64,000 bases of DNA from Candidatus Poribacteria bacterium (GTDB lineage Bacteria; Poribacteria; WGA-4E; WGA-3G), in contig OZ243938.1 of the NCBI GenBank assembly GCA_965214095.1, positions 3,744,001 to 3,808,000 on the forward strand. The letters are read 5' to 3'. Positions 1-11,326 of this stretch are shown piece by piece; position 1 is the first letter of the stretch, and every line of letters begins with the position of its first letter. The notes beneath the pieces are model-generated. The model was not told the DNA's origin. It ran no database searches and saw only the letters and a program-made list of their open reading frames with translations. Both the position numbers and the translations under genes were made by a program.

Positions 1-6
1 GGAGAA

Positions 7-1185
7 ATGTTTATGGACTATGGTATCCCGCGCGCTGTCCCAGAAGAAGTCGGTATGTCAGCCGCGCGGTTGGAAAAAATTGCCCCCGTTATGCAACGGT
101 GGGTAGACGATGGGAAAATCCCTGGTGCATTGACGATGATTGCGCGAGAAGGTAAACTCGTCCATCTTGAAAAAGTCGGATTGCAGGACACCGCAACTGC
201 AACACCGATAGAATTTGATACGATCTTCCGCATCTATTCAATGACAAAACCGATAACCAGTGTTGCCGTTATGATGCTGTATGAGGAAGGACATTATCAA
301 CTCAATTCACCAGTATCGGACTTTATTCCAGCATTCAAGGACATGAAGGTCTACGCTAATCACGGAGATGCAATCGTTGATGCAGAACGGGAGATGACCA
401 TCAAACATCTCCTTACGCATACATCTGGACTCATCTATGGTGGCGATTGGGTGCACCCGATAAATGATCGATACAGAGAAGCAACTTTTTTCGAGGGTGA
501 TCTTGAACACATGGTTAATGAACTCGGTAAAATACCTCTCTTACACCATCCGGGTGATGCATGGAATTACGGTATGTCTACTGATGTGCTCGGATATCTT
601 GTGGAAGTTGTTTCAGGAATGCCGTTTGCAGAGTTTTTGAATAAACGCATTCTTGAGCCTTTAGGTATGGTTGATACAGACTTCTCAGTTCCAGAAGAAA
701 AATCAGACCGCTATGCGACTCTATATGAACCGACTGAAGATGGTGGTATCCAAGTGCTTGAGAACCCACCTGTCTCAACAGGACCACTTAGTTTTTTCCA
801 TGCAGGTGGCGCAGGACTGCAGTCTACCGCAGCAGATTATCTCCGTTTTTGCCAAATGATGTTGAACGAAGGAGAATTGAACGGGAACCGTCTGCTTGGA
901 AGAAAAACCGTTGAACTGATACGGATGAATCATATAGCGGAAGATTGGCAACCACTATGGAGAACGGGAAGCGGTTTCGGTTTAGGATTTGCAGTTATAA
1001 CCAACGTCGCTGATACGCACAGTCTCGGTTCGGTGGGTACCTATAGTTGGGGTGGTCTTGCAAGTACAACATTTTGGATTGATCCAGTGGAAGATTTGGT
1101 CGCTATTTTTATGACACAATTAATTGGTGATTCTCCATTCCACCCCCAATTCCGAGTGCTCACATATCAGGCAATAGTTGATTAG
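7..1185 (+). CDS. Serine hydrolase, beta-lactamase (class C-like)/esterase family
   Basis: FRIYSMTK (SxxK), HLLTHTSGL, WNYG and SWGG motifs; 392 aa. Confidence 0.9.
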   Translation: MFMDYGIPRAVPEEVGMSAARLEKIAPVMQRWVDDGKIPGALTMIAREGKLVHLEKVGLQDTATATPIEFDTIFRIYSMTKPITSVAVMMLYEEGHYQLNSPVSDFIPAFKDMKVYANHGDAIVDAEREMTIKHLLTHTSGLIYGGDWVHPINDRYREATFFEGDLEHMVNELGKIPLLHHPGDAWNYGMSTDVLGYLVEVVSGMPFAEFLNKRILEPLGMVDTDFSVPEEKSDRYATLYEPTEDGGIQVLENPPVSTGPLSFFHAGGAGLQSTAADYLRFCQMMLNEGELNGNRLLGRKTVELIRMNHIAEDWQPLWRTGSGFGLGFAVITNVADTHSLGSVGTYSWGGLASTTFWIDPVEDLVAIFMTQLIGDSPFHPQFRVLTYQAIVD

Positions 1186-1254
1186 AGAGTCTTTTTACTA
1201 TTTAGTGATAGGTTAATAATTTCCAACCGATTCCAGGCAAACTTGGATAAAACA

Positions 1255-2178
1255 ATGAATCTGATTCAGTTAGAAAATGTCCGCAAACAATTTGGCTATT
1301 TCACTGCTGTTGACGACATCTCATTTAGCATTGAGAAAGGTTCTATATACGGATTGCTCGGACCCAACGGTGCTGGTAAAACGACGACGCTTCGCATGAT
1401 AATGGACATTATCGCACCAGATTCCGGCAAGATTACGTTTAGTGAAAACCGACAGATCAAAAACTTCTTGGACAGTATCGGGTATCTCCCGGAAGAGCGC
1501 GGACTTTACCGAAAAATGAAGGTACGCGATGTCGTTCTTTTTATTGCAGAATTGAAAGGCATGCGTAAACATGAGGCTATAACTGAGATAGAAAAGTGGT
1601 TTGTGCTTATGCAACTAAACGAATGGGGAGACAAGCGAGTTGATCAACTCTCAAAAGGTATGGCACAGAAGATTCAGTTCATCACAACTGTAATGCATAA
1701 ACCAGAGTTGATCATTTTGGACGAACCATTTTCTGGACTTGACCCGATTAACATGACGCTTCTCAAAGATTTGATGCTTGAACTGCGAGACAACGGTGCT
1801 ACGATAATTTTCTCAACACACGTGATGGAGCAAGTTGAAAAATTGTGTGATCACATCTGTCTTATCAATAAAGGCAGCATTTTGCTTGAGGGTGAACTCC
1901 GCACAATTAAGCAGAGTTTCGGAAAGAGTTCGGTGGAAATTGAATACATCGGTAGCATTGAACCTATTCGTAACTCCTCTTGGATCAAAGACTGTAATGA
2001 TTTTGGTCAGTACGCTGAGGTGAAGCTTAAGACACCTGAGGACTATCGTCCATTTCTACGTGAACTGGTTGATAACAAGGTTGATGTAACACGGTTTGAA
2101 TTAATGGAACCGACACTGCACGATATTTTCGTCCGTAGTGTTGAAGCACACAAAGGGACGGTAGAAGATGCCGAATAA
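1255..2178 (+). CDS. ABC transporter ATP-binding protein (NatA/YhaQ-like)
   Basis: Walker A GPNGAGKTT, LSKGM signature, LIILDEP Walker B, STH; ATG at 1255 chosen over TTG at 1243. Confidence 0.92.
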   Translation: MNLIQLENVRKQFGYFTAVDDISFSIEKGSIYGLLGPNGAGKTTTLRMIMDIIAPDSGKITFSENRQIKNFLDSIGYLPEERGLYRKMKVRDVVLFIAELKGMRKHEAITEIEKWFVLMQLNEWGDKRVDQLSKGMAQKIQFITTVMHKPELIILDEPFSGLDPINMTLLKDLMLELRDNGATIIFSTHVMEQVEKLCDHICLINKGSILLEGELRTIKQSFGKSSVEIEYIGSIEPIRNSSWIKDCNDFGQYAEVKLKTPEDYRPFLRELVDNKVDVTRFELMEPTLHDIFVRSVEAHKGTVEDAE

Positions 2179-3499
2179 AGTTCTCACCGTCATCAAACGT
2201 GAATACATGACGCGTATTAAATCAAAGACGTTTCTCTTTTCTTTATTTCTTATGCCACTGTTGATGTGCGGAATGGTGTTCTTGTCTGCTTTTCTCACGA
2301 CCATGCAATCCAAACCCAAAGAGATGAGAAAACTCGTGGTTATAGACGAGACAGGGGAAATCTTTGCACCTATGCAAGCAGCTATCGCGGACCATCGGAC
2401 ATTTCAACATAAAGGAAAACTTGTCTATCAACTGCAAGAGAAGTCTGCTACGACGGAAGAAGCAATAATCGCACTCAGGAAGCGTGTTGACAAAAAAGAT
2501 CTCTATGCATACATTGTAATACCACAGGATATTTTTGAAAACGGTGAGGTTAAATTATATTCAAGAACAACAACGAATTTTGAGGTGCAAAGTGCGTTCC
2601 GAAGTGTCATCTCAAGAATCGTTCGTGACAAACGGTTTGCTGAGAGTGGTTATAATCAAAGGGAAGTCAGCCGACTCATGCGCTCTATCAGATTCAACGC
2701 TTTCGCTATTAAAAGTAGCAAAGGAAAAACTGGCGAAACAGAAGTTGAAAATCCATTTGAAACGGGAGCACGGATCGGACTCGGATACATACTCGTTATT
2801 GTGCTTTACATGTTTGTCCTCATCTATGCAAGCTCAATCATGCGGAGTGTGTTAGAAGAAAAAACGACACGAATTGTTGAGGTAATCGTTTCGTCAATAA
2901 AACCGCATCAACTTTTACTCGGCAAACTCGTCGGTGTTTGCTCTGTTTGTATTACAATGTTCGCTGTCTGGGTGTTGTTCGGTGTCCTATTGGTAATGAA
3001 CATAGATCCGCTACTCGGAATCTTTGGCATTGATAGTCTACCAACGCAGCTTGTTGAAGCGATTGGAACCCTCAAAGAGAGTAGCGGTGGGGTGCTTACA
3101 TACTTTTTCATTTATTTCATCGTCGGTTTCTTTATGTATTCAACACTATTTGCAGTTGTCGGTGCAATTTGCAACAGTGAAGAGGAAGCACAACAAACAA
3201 TGGGACCACTCACACTACTTATAATTTTACCGTTTATCATGATGTTTCATTTATTTAGAATTCCCGATTCGGCATTAAGTATACTGCTCTCGCACATCCC
3301 GTTTTTCTCGCCGATACTAATGTTCATGCGCATCAACGTGCTGATGCCACCCTTTTGGGAAATTGCACTTAATATCTTGCTGATGTGTGCGACTGTCTTG
3401 CTTGTTACATTTTTCAGCGGAAAAATCTATCGGGTTGGCATTCTAATGTACGGTAAACGTCCGACGTTAAGAGAATTATGGCAGTGGAGCAGGTATTAA
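2168..3499 (+). CDS. ABC-2 type transporter permease (NatB/YhaP-like)
   Basis: Overlaps the ATPase gene; N-terminal TM, large extracytoplasmic loop, EEKTTRIVEV motif, several C-terminal TMs, KIYRVGILMYGKRP end. Confidence 0.9.
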   Translation: MPNKVLTVIKREYMTRIKSKTFLFSLFLMPLLMCGMVFLSAFLTTMQSKPKEMRKLVVIDETGEIFAPMQAAIADHRTFQHKGKLVYQLQEKSATTEEAIIALRKRVDKKDLYAYIVIPQDIFENGEVKLYSRTTTNFEVQSAFRSVISRIVRDKRFAESGYNQREVSRLMRSIRFNAFAIKSSKGKTGETEVENPFETGARIGLGYILVIVLYMFVLIYASSIMRSVLEEKTTRIVEVIVSSIKPHQLLLGKLVGVCSVCITMFAVWVLFGVLLVMNIDPLLGIFGIDSLPTQLVEAIGTLKESSGGVLTYFFIYFIVGFFMYSTLFAVVGAICNSEEEAQQTMGPLTLLIILPFIMMFHLFRIPDSALSILLSHIPFFSPILMFMRINVLMPPFWEIALNILLMCATVLLVTFFSGKIYRVGILMYGKRPTLRELWQWSRY

Positions 3500-3573
3500 A
3501 TGTTCAAGACATCTTCAGATAACTAAGAAACTCGTTTCTATGCTTAGAGCCGTTCACAGTAAGGAGACTAAAT

Positions 3574-4194
3574 ATGATGCAGATTGCTGTCGTAACAGGA
3601 GAGCACGGTTTTCGCGAAAAAGATTTTGACGCAGTTTTTCAAAGTATGGAAAACATAACGTTTGTCAGAGAAGATTTAGATGACTTTGTGGATAATCCAA
3701 AGCAGAATGAATATGACACCGTTGTCTTTTACAACTTTCACCGTCCATATCCATCAGAGGCACAGGCAAAATCTATTTTGAGATTGACTGAAAAAGGACA
3801 AGGAATTGTCATCCTTCACCATGCTATTCTCGCATTTCCAGAGTGGGATGCTTTCTCTGATATGTGCGGCATTGATGAACGTGCTGAGTTTGACTACTTT
3901 CCAAAACAGACATTCCAAGTGCAAATCATTGATAAGACCCACCCCATTACCGAAGGACTTGCCGATTGGGAAATGGGTGATGAAACCTATACGATGACAT
4001 CAGCAGATGAAGATAGCACTATCCTGCTAACAACCAATCATCCAGACAGTATGGACGTGTTAGGTTGGGTGCGTGAATATGGGAATTCGCGTATTTTCTG
4101 TCTCCAGAGTGGACACGACAACGTTACCTATTCAAATCCAAACTTCCGTGAGGTATTGCAGCGCGGTATTCAGTGGTGTGGAAAAAATAGTTGA
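3574..4194 (+). CDS. ThuA-like (class I glutamine amidotransferase fold) protein
   Basis: VTGEH, GIVILHH, HPITEGL, DETY, W.REYG.SRIF...GHD, QRGIQW; SD AAGGAG upstream. Confidence 0.8.
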   Translation: MMQIAVVTGEHGFREKDFDAVFQSMENITFVREDLDDFVDNPKQNEYDTVVFYNFHRPYPSEAQAKSILRLTEKGQGIVILHHAILAFPEWDAFSDMCGIDERAEFDYFPKQTFQVQIIDKTHPITEGLADWEMGDETYTMTSADEDSTILLTTNHPDSMDVLGWVREYGNSRIFCLQSGHDNVTYSNPNFREVLQRGIQWCGKNS

Positions 4195-4205
4195 GAGAAA
4201 AAGCA

Positions 4206-5312
4206 ATGAAGTTTAACACCTTCTCTATTCTCCTTCTCCTCTGTCTTGGAACAGTTTGTGTTATTCTGTTACTTTCAAAAACACTTGTAAACGCTGATAA
4301 AGGTAAAACGATGCCACAAACAACTTATATAGCAGGACATTCACACCAGTCAGACGGTTATGACATCTATTCCATAGAACAAAAGGGTATAGCCGTTGCT
4401 GAAATTGTTCCTGCACTCGGAAATAATTGTTATTCTTTTATGGTAAGCGATGGACACTTTTGGTATAACTTGATAGATCCGCCACCTGATTTGAATACAT
4501 TGGCACAACGTCCAACTGCTTACGGCAATCCAATACTATTCCCGTTTCCCAACCGAATACGAAACGGCAAATGGGAATTTGAAGGAAAAACTTATCAGTT
4601 TGACAAGCAACCTGAATCTCCCACGACAATACACGGTCTGCTTTTGAATCGACCCTATAAAGTTGACAAACATACTGTCGATGAAAACGGGGCAACATTG
4701 GTATGTTCATTGAACTCACAAGAATTCCCAGATGTCATCCGACAATATCCCTTTCCATTCAAAATTGAAATTACCTATACAATCACAGATGGCGTATTGA
4801 CAATGGGTATTGTCATTAAGAATACGGGAGAGAGTAATATGCCGATGGGATTTGGTATACATCCTTATTTTAGTGTAGACATTTCCGCTAAAGCGGATGC
4901 GTCAAAAGCTGTAATAACTGTTCCTGCTAACAAGTATTGGGAATTGGATGATGTGCTTGTTCCAACAGGTAGACAACTTGATGTTGATGGAACGGTTGAT
5001 TTACGTTATGGACAACCGTTTGAAAAACTCAAACTTGATCATGTCTTCACAGATGTCGATTTTGTTGACGGTGTAAGTCGGTGTAGCATTGAAAATAAAG
5101 ATACAGGATACGGTATGGTGATGGAATCAGATGCACAATTTAGAGAATTAGTGGTTTATACTCCGCCAGATAGGGATGCTATCTGTTTTGAACCTTACAC
5201 TTGCCCGACAGATGCTATTAATTTAGAAGCAAAAGGTATTCCAGCAGGAGTGATTGTGCTTGCACCTGATGAGACATTTTCAGCAACCGTGCGGATATTT
5301 CTAACACATTAA
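4206..5312 (+). CDS. Aldose 1-epimerase family protein with N-terminal signal/anchor
   Basis: LFPFPNRI, IHGL, GFGIHPYF, ICFEP motifs; hydrophobic N-terminus. Confidence 0.88.
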   Translation: MKFNTFSILLLLCLGTVCVILLLSKTLVNADKGKTMPQTTYIAGHSHQSDGYDIYSIEQKGIAVAEIVPALGNNCYSFMVSDGHFWYNLIDPPPDLNTLAQRPTAYGNPILFPFPNRIRNGKWEFEGKTYQFDKQPESPTTIHGLLLNRPYKVDKHTVDENGATLVCSLNSQEFPDVIRQYPFPFKIEITYTITDGVLTMGIVIKNTGESNMPMGFGIHPYFSVDISAKADASKAVITVPANKYWELDDVLVPTGRQLDVDGTVDLRYGQPFEKLKLDHVFTDVDFVDGVSRCSIENKDTGYGMVMESDAQFRELVVYTPPDRDAICFEPYTCPTDAINLEAKGIPAGVIVLAPDETFSATVRIFLTH

Positions 5313-5317
5313 TCCAG

Positions 5318-6256
5318 ATGAACCAAACAATGAGATATGTTGTTCTACTATTCTTCTCGATTCTACTGATACTCTCGGAACCGTGTGATGCTATTTTTGA
5401 AGGTACTGCCAATGCGAACATCTTTATCAGAATTTACAAACAACGTGGAGACTTCGGTAGACTTGCTTTATGGCACGAAACAGCCGCAGAATGCCTTAAT
5501 CTAATCTCTGTTCCAATGAATAAAATCATACACAATTACTACAAAAGTAATGGATATGAAAAATGGACAGAACGAGCAGAAAAGGAAGCACATGAAATTC
5601 AGGAACAGAGACTGTTTCACCTTGAAAAGGCTAAGGATGCATGGAAAAAGTCAAAAACTGCTGAGAATGTCCTAAAAACTGAACGTGAAAAGATCGCTAA
5701 ATTTATGAATACGTGGTTGCCACATTATCCAGACAGGTTCTATAATTTTGGTGTATATGTCACCTTTTTTAAAGAACAGCAAGAACGCGCTGAACTGAGA
5801 AAGGATTATAGAAGAGTCCTAAAACTTGAAGCAGATGCAGCTGAAATGTGCGCTATGCAATACGATAAAATACCAATTGCCAATGGATTGAAAGAATATG
5901 TTGAAAAACGCGATGCATATCTGCGACACACAACTTTACTCAGAACACTTGCGAAACCAACACTCAAAAAATTACCAACAGGAATAGAAATAGGTAAAAA
6001 CGGACAACTACAGAAACCAATCAAGACAAATGTTCACCAGAAAACAGAGGATACAATACTTCACATTGCTAAAACCAATCTACGTATTAAGAGCTTAATA
6101 TCGGACCATAAGGGTGTTCGTGAATATGCATGGTTTCAAGGTTTTGCATGGACAGTCAGCTTCTATAACCACGGTTGGGGTAATCTGGCAATTGCAGTTA
6201 TTGACGACAAGACAGGGAAAATAACTGACATTTTAGAAGGTGAACAACAGGAATAG
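5318..6256 (+). CDS. Hypothetical exported helical protein
   Basis: 312-aa ORF with signal peptide, tightly packed between neighbours; no family recognised with confidence. Confidence 0.7.
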   Translation: MNQTMRYVVLLFFSILLILSEPCDAIFEGTANANIFIRIYKQRGDFGRLALWHETAAECLNLISVPMNKIIHNYYKSNGYEKWTERAEKEAHEIQEQRLFHLEKAKDAWKKSKTAENVLKTEREKIAKFMNTWLPHYPDRFYNFGVYVTFFKEQQERAELRKDYRRVLKLEADAAEMCAMQYDKIPIANGLKEYVEKRDAYLRHTTLLRTLAKPTLKKLPTGIEIGKNGQLQKPIKTNVHQKTEDTILHIAKTNLRIKSLISDHKGVREYAWFQGFAWTVSFYNHGWGNLAIAVIDDKTGKITDILEGEQQE

Positions 6257-6262
6257 TATCGT

Positions 6263-9200
6263 ATGAATCAACAGCACTCAACAGTAATTCTTCATCTATC
6301 AGTTTTCCTAATAGTCGGAATTATCTATTGTTATACTACTAACAACGGGAATGCCGCAACACCTGAAATTACGCCAGGAGAGTTATTAATTCGACTCACT
6401 CCCGAAGCTGCAACAGAACTACATCAATTGCGATCCAAAGCTGCTATAACAGAACTGTTTCTAAAGCACAATGTAGAATCACAAAGGCGTATTTTCCCAA
6501 TTACTACTCGTTCATCAGATCTACAGAGAGCATATCTTCTAAGATTTTCAATCACCGCAAACATGGAAGAAGTTAAGAGATCGTTTGAAGAGAGCAATCT
6601 TATTGAAGAGGTGTCATATAACTACTTGCGTCCAACATTAGCAGATACAATTGTTCCTAACGATCCACAATATCCAGAACAGTGGAGTTTGCCGTTGATA
6701 AAATTACCAGAAACTTGGGCAGTTGAGAAAGGAAATAAGGATGTAATTATTGCCATCATAGACTCTGGGATCGATTATAGACATGAAGACTTGAAACAGA
6801 AAATCTGGATGAATCCTGGTGAGATAGCGGAGAATGGATTAGACGATGATGGCAATGGTTACATTGATGACATACACGGTTGGGATTTCACAGATGCCCC
6901 TAATGTACAAGCAGAAGGAGATTTCACAGATGGAGACAATGAACCGATTGATGAATCTGGACACGGAACACATGTTGCTGGGATAGCAGGTGCAATGCCA
7001 GACAACGGTATCGGTATCGCAGGCGTGGCATGGAATTGTCCATTGATGGCAGTTCGTGCAGGACTCTCACTTGGAGGCAGTTCACGCATGCAGGATGATG
7101 ATTCTGCGGCAGCCATAGTCTACGCTACAGATAATGGGGCACGCATCATCAATATGAGTTGGGGAAGTAATCAACACTCCTTTGTCATTCAGGATGCTAT
7201 CAATTATGCTCATGCACAAGGTGTGTTATTAATCGGAGCTGCCGGGAATTCAAAGGAATCTGAGAGTTTTTTTCCTGCTGCATATCAAAAAGTCATCTCA
7301 GTAGCATCAACAACCCAACACAAACAACGTTTCCACAGAAGCAATTTCGGTGCTTCAGTAGACATCGGGGCACCCGGCAATGCTATTCTAAGTACACAAA
7401 TCAACAACAACTATCGCATTTTAACTGGTACTTCTATGGCAGCACCCCATGTTGCAGGTGTTGCTGCATTGATGCTTTCAAAACGTCCTGCACTCACACA
7501 CGAAGAGATCAGGCAAATCCTCATCCAGTCCTCTGATATTATTCTCCAAGAAGATAGTGATGAACTCGATCCAAAACTTGTAGGTGCTGGAACACTTAAT
7601 GCGGAACGTGCTTTGCTATCAAGTGGAGTTATGCATGCCCGAATTCATCTGCCGCAAACAAACAGTGGTGGATCGAATTCAATCACTTTTATCGGCACTG
7701 TGGGAGGCTATAAATTTGATCGTTGGCAGCTCCTGTATGGTAGTTCTACTGTTCCAACTTCATTCGAACCTTTCACCGAACACGTAACAACGCCGAAAGT
7801 AGGTGAACACTTAGCTACTTGGGATACTACAACTATACCCGAAGATGTCTACACAGTCCGTCTTGTCGTCACTGGGAGAGATGGAACACAGATACACGAT
7901 CAGGTTGTGGTTACGGTAGACCGATCACCGCCAGATATTTTCTCCATTTACGTCACTGAAACGTTATATGGTAACAGTACTACAAGTGTTTTTTCTTGGG
8001 CAACAGATGATATAACCCGTTGTACTTTCTATTATAGACAAAGCGATAGAATCTCATCCTTCGTTCCGATTGAGGAGAGGGCACTTGGTAAAGAACATCT
8101 ATTTTCTCTTGATTTGACATCAGGAAAATACCAATTCTATATTACCGCATTGAATACTGTCGGATTAGAAACGATTAATGATAACAATGGGAAATATTAT
8201 ACAATTGATGTTATCGGTAGTGCAATATCTCCAAACGGTTTTATAGACACAAGGCTCAGTATTTCAGCACTACAAATTGCAAATACAGTTGCAGATTTTG
8301 ATAAAGACGGATTGCCAGAACTTGTTGCAACACCACTGTCTGATCCATCTCCAAAAAGTCTCATAGTACCTAAAAGTCTTGTCATATATGAACGTTCACC
8401 AGAAGGAAAATTTAACTTGGTACACGCACTTACTCAAAATGCAAGTGTTGCTGACTCTGTTGTCAGTCAGAATACAGAGATTGATTTAGCGACATTTAAA
8501 CCGTGGTCGGTTGGAGATACGGACTCAGATGGATTGTTGGAAGTTCTTGCCAGTGATACAGAGCGCACTTTTTTGTTAGAGAGCAAAACACCAAATGGAT
8601 ACCCGAACCAAATTGTCTGGGAGACACCTTTCATCTCAGGTGGAAAAAGTGCTGATCTTGATGGTGATGGAAAAATTGAAATTATTGGGGTTGATAACAA
8701 TAATAACCGAATTCTTATCTTTGAGAATAGAGGAAATGACCAGTTTGACATAACTGCTGAATTAACTGATGAAACAGAAGGAAAAAACATCTTTGCCCAA
8801 CAGATTGCAATTGATGACTTCAATGCAGATGGAAATACTGATATAGTGTTTGGGGATAGTGATGGGGATCTGTTCGTATACTCCGGTTTGGCAAATGACA
8901 GTTTCAATCTACAGTGGCAAACGAATCTCAATGTAGATGATGTTAAGTTATTAACTACCGGAGATTTAACAAGAGATGGCATACCAGAATTAGTTGTGGG
9001 TGGCACATTTTCACCACCAGATATTACTTCCGCATCACTTTTCTGGAAGTTCCTTGTTTATACATACATTTCTGGTAAATATAGATTGCTATGGGAACAA
9101 ACGATAGCACCATATCGGATGAATGGTAACAGCATTGCCATTGCGGAAATCAATGGGGATGGATATAACGAACTTATATTGCATACCTTTCCTCATCTAT

Positions 9201-10294
9201 ACATTCTGGCATGGGATGGAACGACGTTTGTACCGACATTTCACAAAAAAGTTACTGAAACACCTTTCCTTCTCTCAGCTGACTTGAATCAGAATGGTTT
9301 TGATGAACTCTATATCAACGTTGATGATAGATTAAATATCATTGAATCCGTTACTGCTACAAATAGCAATGCAGTTGATGTCCTAATACCGTGGGACATT
9401 GATGCTACTCCAATATCAGAAAAGGTTGTTCAGATTAAATGGAAGGCAATAGAAGCAACAGATGTTCCAATAGGTTTCACTTTGTATCGTGCACTTGGAG
9501 AAAAAGGAAAAGCACCGGACGACTCCAAGTTTGAAGTGATGGTACAGAACCACACTTCCACCAGATATTTGGATAGAACAGTAAAGAGAGATCAGACCTA
9601 TTGGTACGCTGTCACGACGAAGGGAGAAAACGGCACTGAAACAGATCGTAGTGAAGCAGTTTCAGTTACACCACGCACAGCACCCAAAATTGTCAATACT
9701 AACTATCAGGTTCCGAATTGGATAATTGTTACCTTTGACAGACAGATGAGTTCAACCATAAGCGATGAACGACGGTATCTTTTGAGGATAAAGAACCAGT
9801 TGGCAGGTCTTTTGCCAATATCCGCTATCCGAGACAGAATGGGAACACGTGCACTCTTAACATTCAATCCAGAGAAATTACAAGCACTCACAAATGATAC
9901 AACGAATCAATATGAGATTGCAATTAACAATCTAACTGATATTGATGAAAACCCGGTTCGTGTAGGAACAAGTCCCATTAAATTTCAACAGAATCAAGAT
10001 CCTTCTGAAGTAAGAGATTTCACCAAAGTAAGGGTCTATCCGAATCCTGTCCGTCCGAATATATCAGACAAAGCTGCGATCACCTTTGATAGAATACCTA
10101 TAGGTACCCTGATCCAATTATTTACACCAAAGGGTGAACTTCTTGAGCATTTGAACGTTACAGAAAGCGATGGCAACAGCAAAGAATGGTGGTTGACAAA
10201 TGGTAAAATCGGTGATGTGGCAACCGGAATCTATATCTATATACTTGAATTTGAGGAACAAAAGAAGGTTGGCAAAATTGCAGTAATAAAGTAA
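6263..10294 (+). CDS. Secreted S8 (subtilisin-like) serine protease with FG-GAP-like repeats, FN3-like region and C-terminal sorting-type domain
   Basis: Catalytic motifs IIDSG, HGTHVAG, GTSMAAPHVAG; repeated DxDxDGxxE/D motifs; C-terminal VYPNP...GIYIY. Confidence 0.9.
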   Translation: MNQQHSTVILHLSVFLIVGIIYCYTTNNGNAATPEITPGELLIRLTPEAATELHQLRSKAAITELFLKHNVESQRRIFPITTRSSDLQRAYLLRFSITANMEEVKRSFEESNLIEEVSYNYLRPTLADTIVPNDPQYPEQWSLPLIKLPETWAVEKGNKDVIIAIIDSGIDYRHEDLKQKIWMNPGEIAENGLDDDGNGYIDDIHGWDFTDAPNVQAEGDFTDGDNEPIDESGHGTHVAGIAGAMPDNGIGIAGVAWNCPLMAVRAGLSLGGSSRMQDDDSAAAIVYATDNGARIINMSWGSNQHSFVIQDAINYAHAQGVLLIGAAGNSKESESFFPAAYQKVISVASTTQHKQRFHRSNFGASVDIGAPGNAILSTQINNNYRILTGTSMAAPHVAGVAALMLSKRPALTHEEIRQILIQSSDIILQEDSDELDPKLVGAGTLNAERALLSSGVMHARIHLPQTNSGGSNSITFIGTVGGYKFDRWQLLYGSSTVPTSFEPFTEHVTTPKVGEHLATWDTTTIPEDVYTVRLVVTGRDGTQIHDQVVVTVDRSPPDIFSIYVTETLYGNSTTSVFSWATDDITRCTFYYRQSDRISSFVPIEERALGKEHLFSLDLTSGKYQFYITALNTVGLETINDNNGKYYTIDVIGSAISPNGFIDTRLSISALQIANTVADFDKDGLPELVATPLSDPSPKSLIVPKSLVIYERSPEGKFNLVHALTQNASVADSVVSQNTEIDLATFKPWSVGDTDSDGLLEVLASDTERTFLLESKTPNGYPNQIVWETPFISGGKSADLDGDGKIEIIGVDNNNNRILIFENRGNDQFDITAELTDETEGKNIFAQQIAIDDFNADGNTDIVFGDSDGDLFVYSGLANDSFNLQWQTNLNVDDVKLLTTGDLTRDGIPELVVGGTFSPPDITSASLFWKFLVYTYISGKYRLLWEQTIAPYRMNGNSIAIAEINGDGYNELILHTFPHLYILAWDGTTFVPTFHKKVTETPFLLSADLNQNGFDELYINVDDRLNIIESVTATNSNAVDVLIPWDIDATPISEKVVQIKWKAIEATDVPIGFTLYRALGEKGKAPDDSKFEVMVQNHTSTRYLDRTVKRDQTYWYAVTTKGENGTETDRSEAVSVTPRTAPKIVNTNYQVPNWIIVTFDRQMSSTISDERRYLLRIKNQLAGLLPISAIRDRMGTRALLTFNPEKLQALTNDTTNQYEIAINNLTDIDENPVRVGTSPIKFQQNQDPSEVRDFTKVRVYPNPVRPNISDKAAITFDRIPIGTLIQLFTPKGELLEHLNVTESDGNSKEWWLTNGKIGDVATGIYIYILEFEEQKKVGKIAVIK

Positions 10295-10342
10295 CATCTT
10301 ATTATCAACATCTTCTTAGCATAATCAGCATAGGATTGTATT

Positions 10343-11239
10343 ATGGACGAATACATACTCATCGCAAACCCAATTTCTGGTAAAGGTAAAGGCAAACCAG
10401 TTGCCGAACAAGCGCACAAGGCATTGACATCTGCCGGTCGTAAAGGTGAGTTAAAACTAACTACCGGAATGGGTGATGTCAAACGTTTTACCGAGGAAGC
10501 GATTTCAAACGGTATCAAATGGATATTTGCCTGTGGTGGTGACGGAACACTACACGAAGTCGTCAATACGATTGCAGGCAATACTGATATTACTTTAGGA
10601 GTTCTTCCATGTGGACGTGGCAATGACTTAGCAACTGCTATGAACATTTCACGAAAACCCCAGCAAGCCATTCAAACCTTGTTAACTGGCACCACCAAAA
10701 GTATGGATTTAGGGCATGTCCGTTCAGAAAAAGGGAGTGAACACTATTTTACCACGATAGCCACGTGTGGGTACGATACTGAAGTAAGTCGTCTTGCGGC
10801 ATCTCGCGCTACCCCTTTTGCAGGAACTGCATCATACATTTACGCTGCAATAGTCACACTGAAAGACTACGAATGTCCATCTGTTCGTATTGAAGGAGAC
10901 TTTGGGATATATGAAAGTCCAATTCTACTCACCGCAACAGGTAATACAAGTAGTTATGGCGGAGGATTTAAAATCGTACCGAATGCTCGTTTTGACGATG
11001 GACTATTTGATGTTTGTATCATTCGTTCAGTTTCATCTTTCACTGTGCTCGGGTTGATGGTTACGCTGTTTTGGGGTGGACATACATTTCATCCAGCAGT
11101 GGAAATACATCAAACCCGTAGTTTAAAAATTGAAACCAATCCGCCTGTGATGCTTTATGCCGATGGAGAACCGATGTGTGAAACCCCTGCTACGATAGAG
11201 ATTATCAAGAATGGACTCAATGTCCTTGTCTCATCTTAA
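10343..11239 (+). CDS. Diacylglycerol/lipid kinase family (YegS/DagK-like)
   Basis: NPISGKG, GGDGTLHEV, LPCGRGNDLA, DDGLFDV, ADGE. Confidence 0.9.
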   Translation: MDEYILIANPISGKGKGKPVAEQAHKALTSAGRKGELKLTTGMGDVKRFTEEAISNGIKWIFACGGDGTLHEVVNTIAGNTDITLGVLPCGRGNDLATAMNISRKPQQAIQTLLTGTTKSMDLGHVRSEKGSEHYFTTIATCGYDTEVSRLAASRATPFAGTASYIYAAIVTLKDYECPSVRIEGDFGIYESPILLTATGNTSSYGGGFKIVPNARFDDGLFDVCIIRSVSSFTVLGLMVTLFWGGHTFHPAVEIHQTRSLKIETNPPVMLYADGEPMCETPATIEIIKNGLNVLVSS

Positions 11240-11326
11240 AGAAAATAAACCGAATGAGTAATATCGTTGTCATATAAAATTAAATTTATTAAATATTAGC
11301 ACCTAAAATAAATTGATATTTCCCCA

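Noticed and set aside
8351-8385. PKSLIV/PKSLVI duplication in the S8 protease
   Set aside because: Single 18-bp in-frame duplication with no evident significance.
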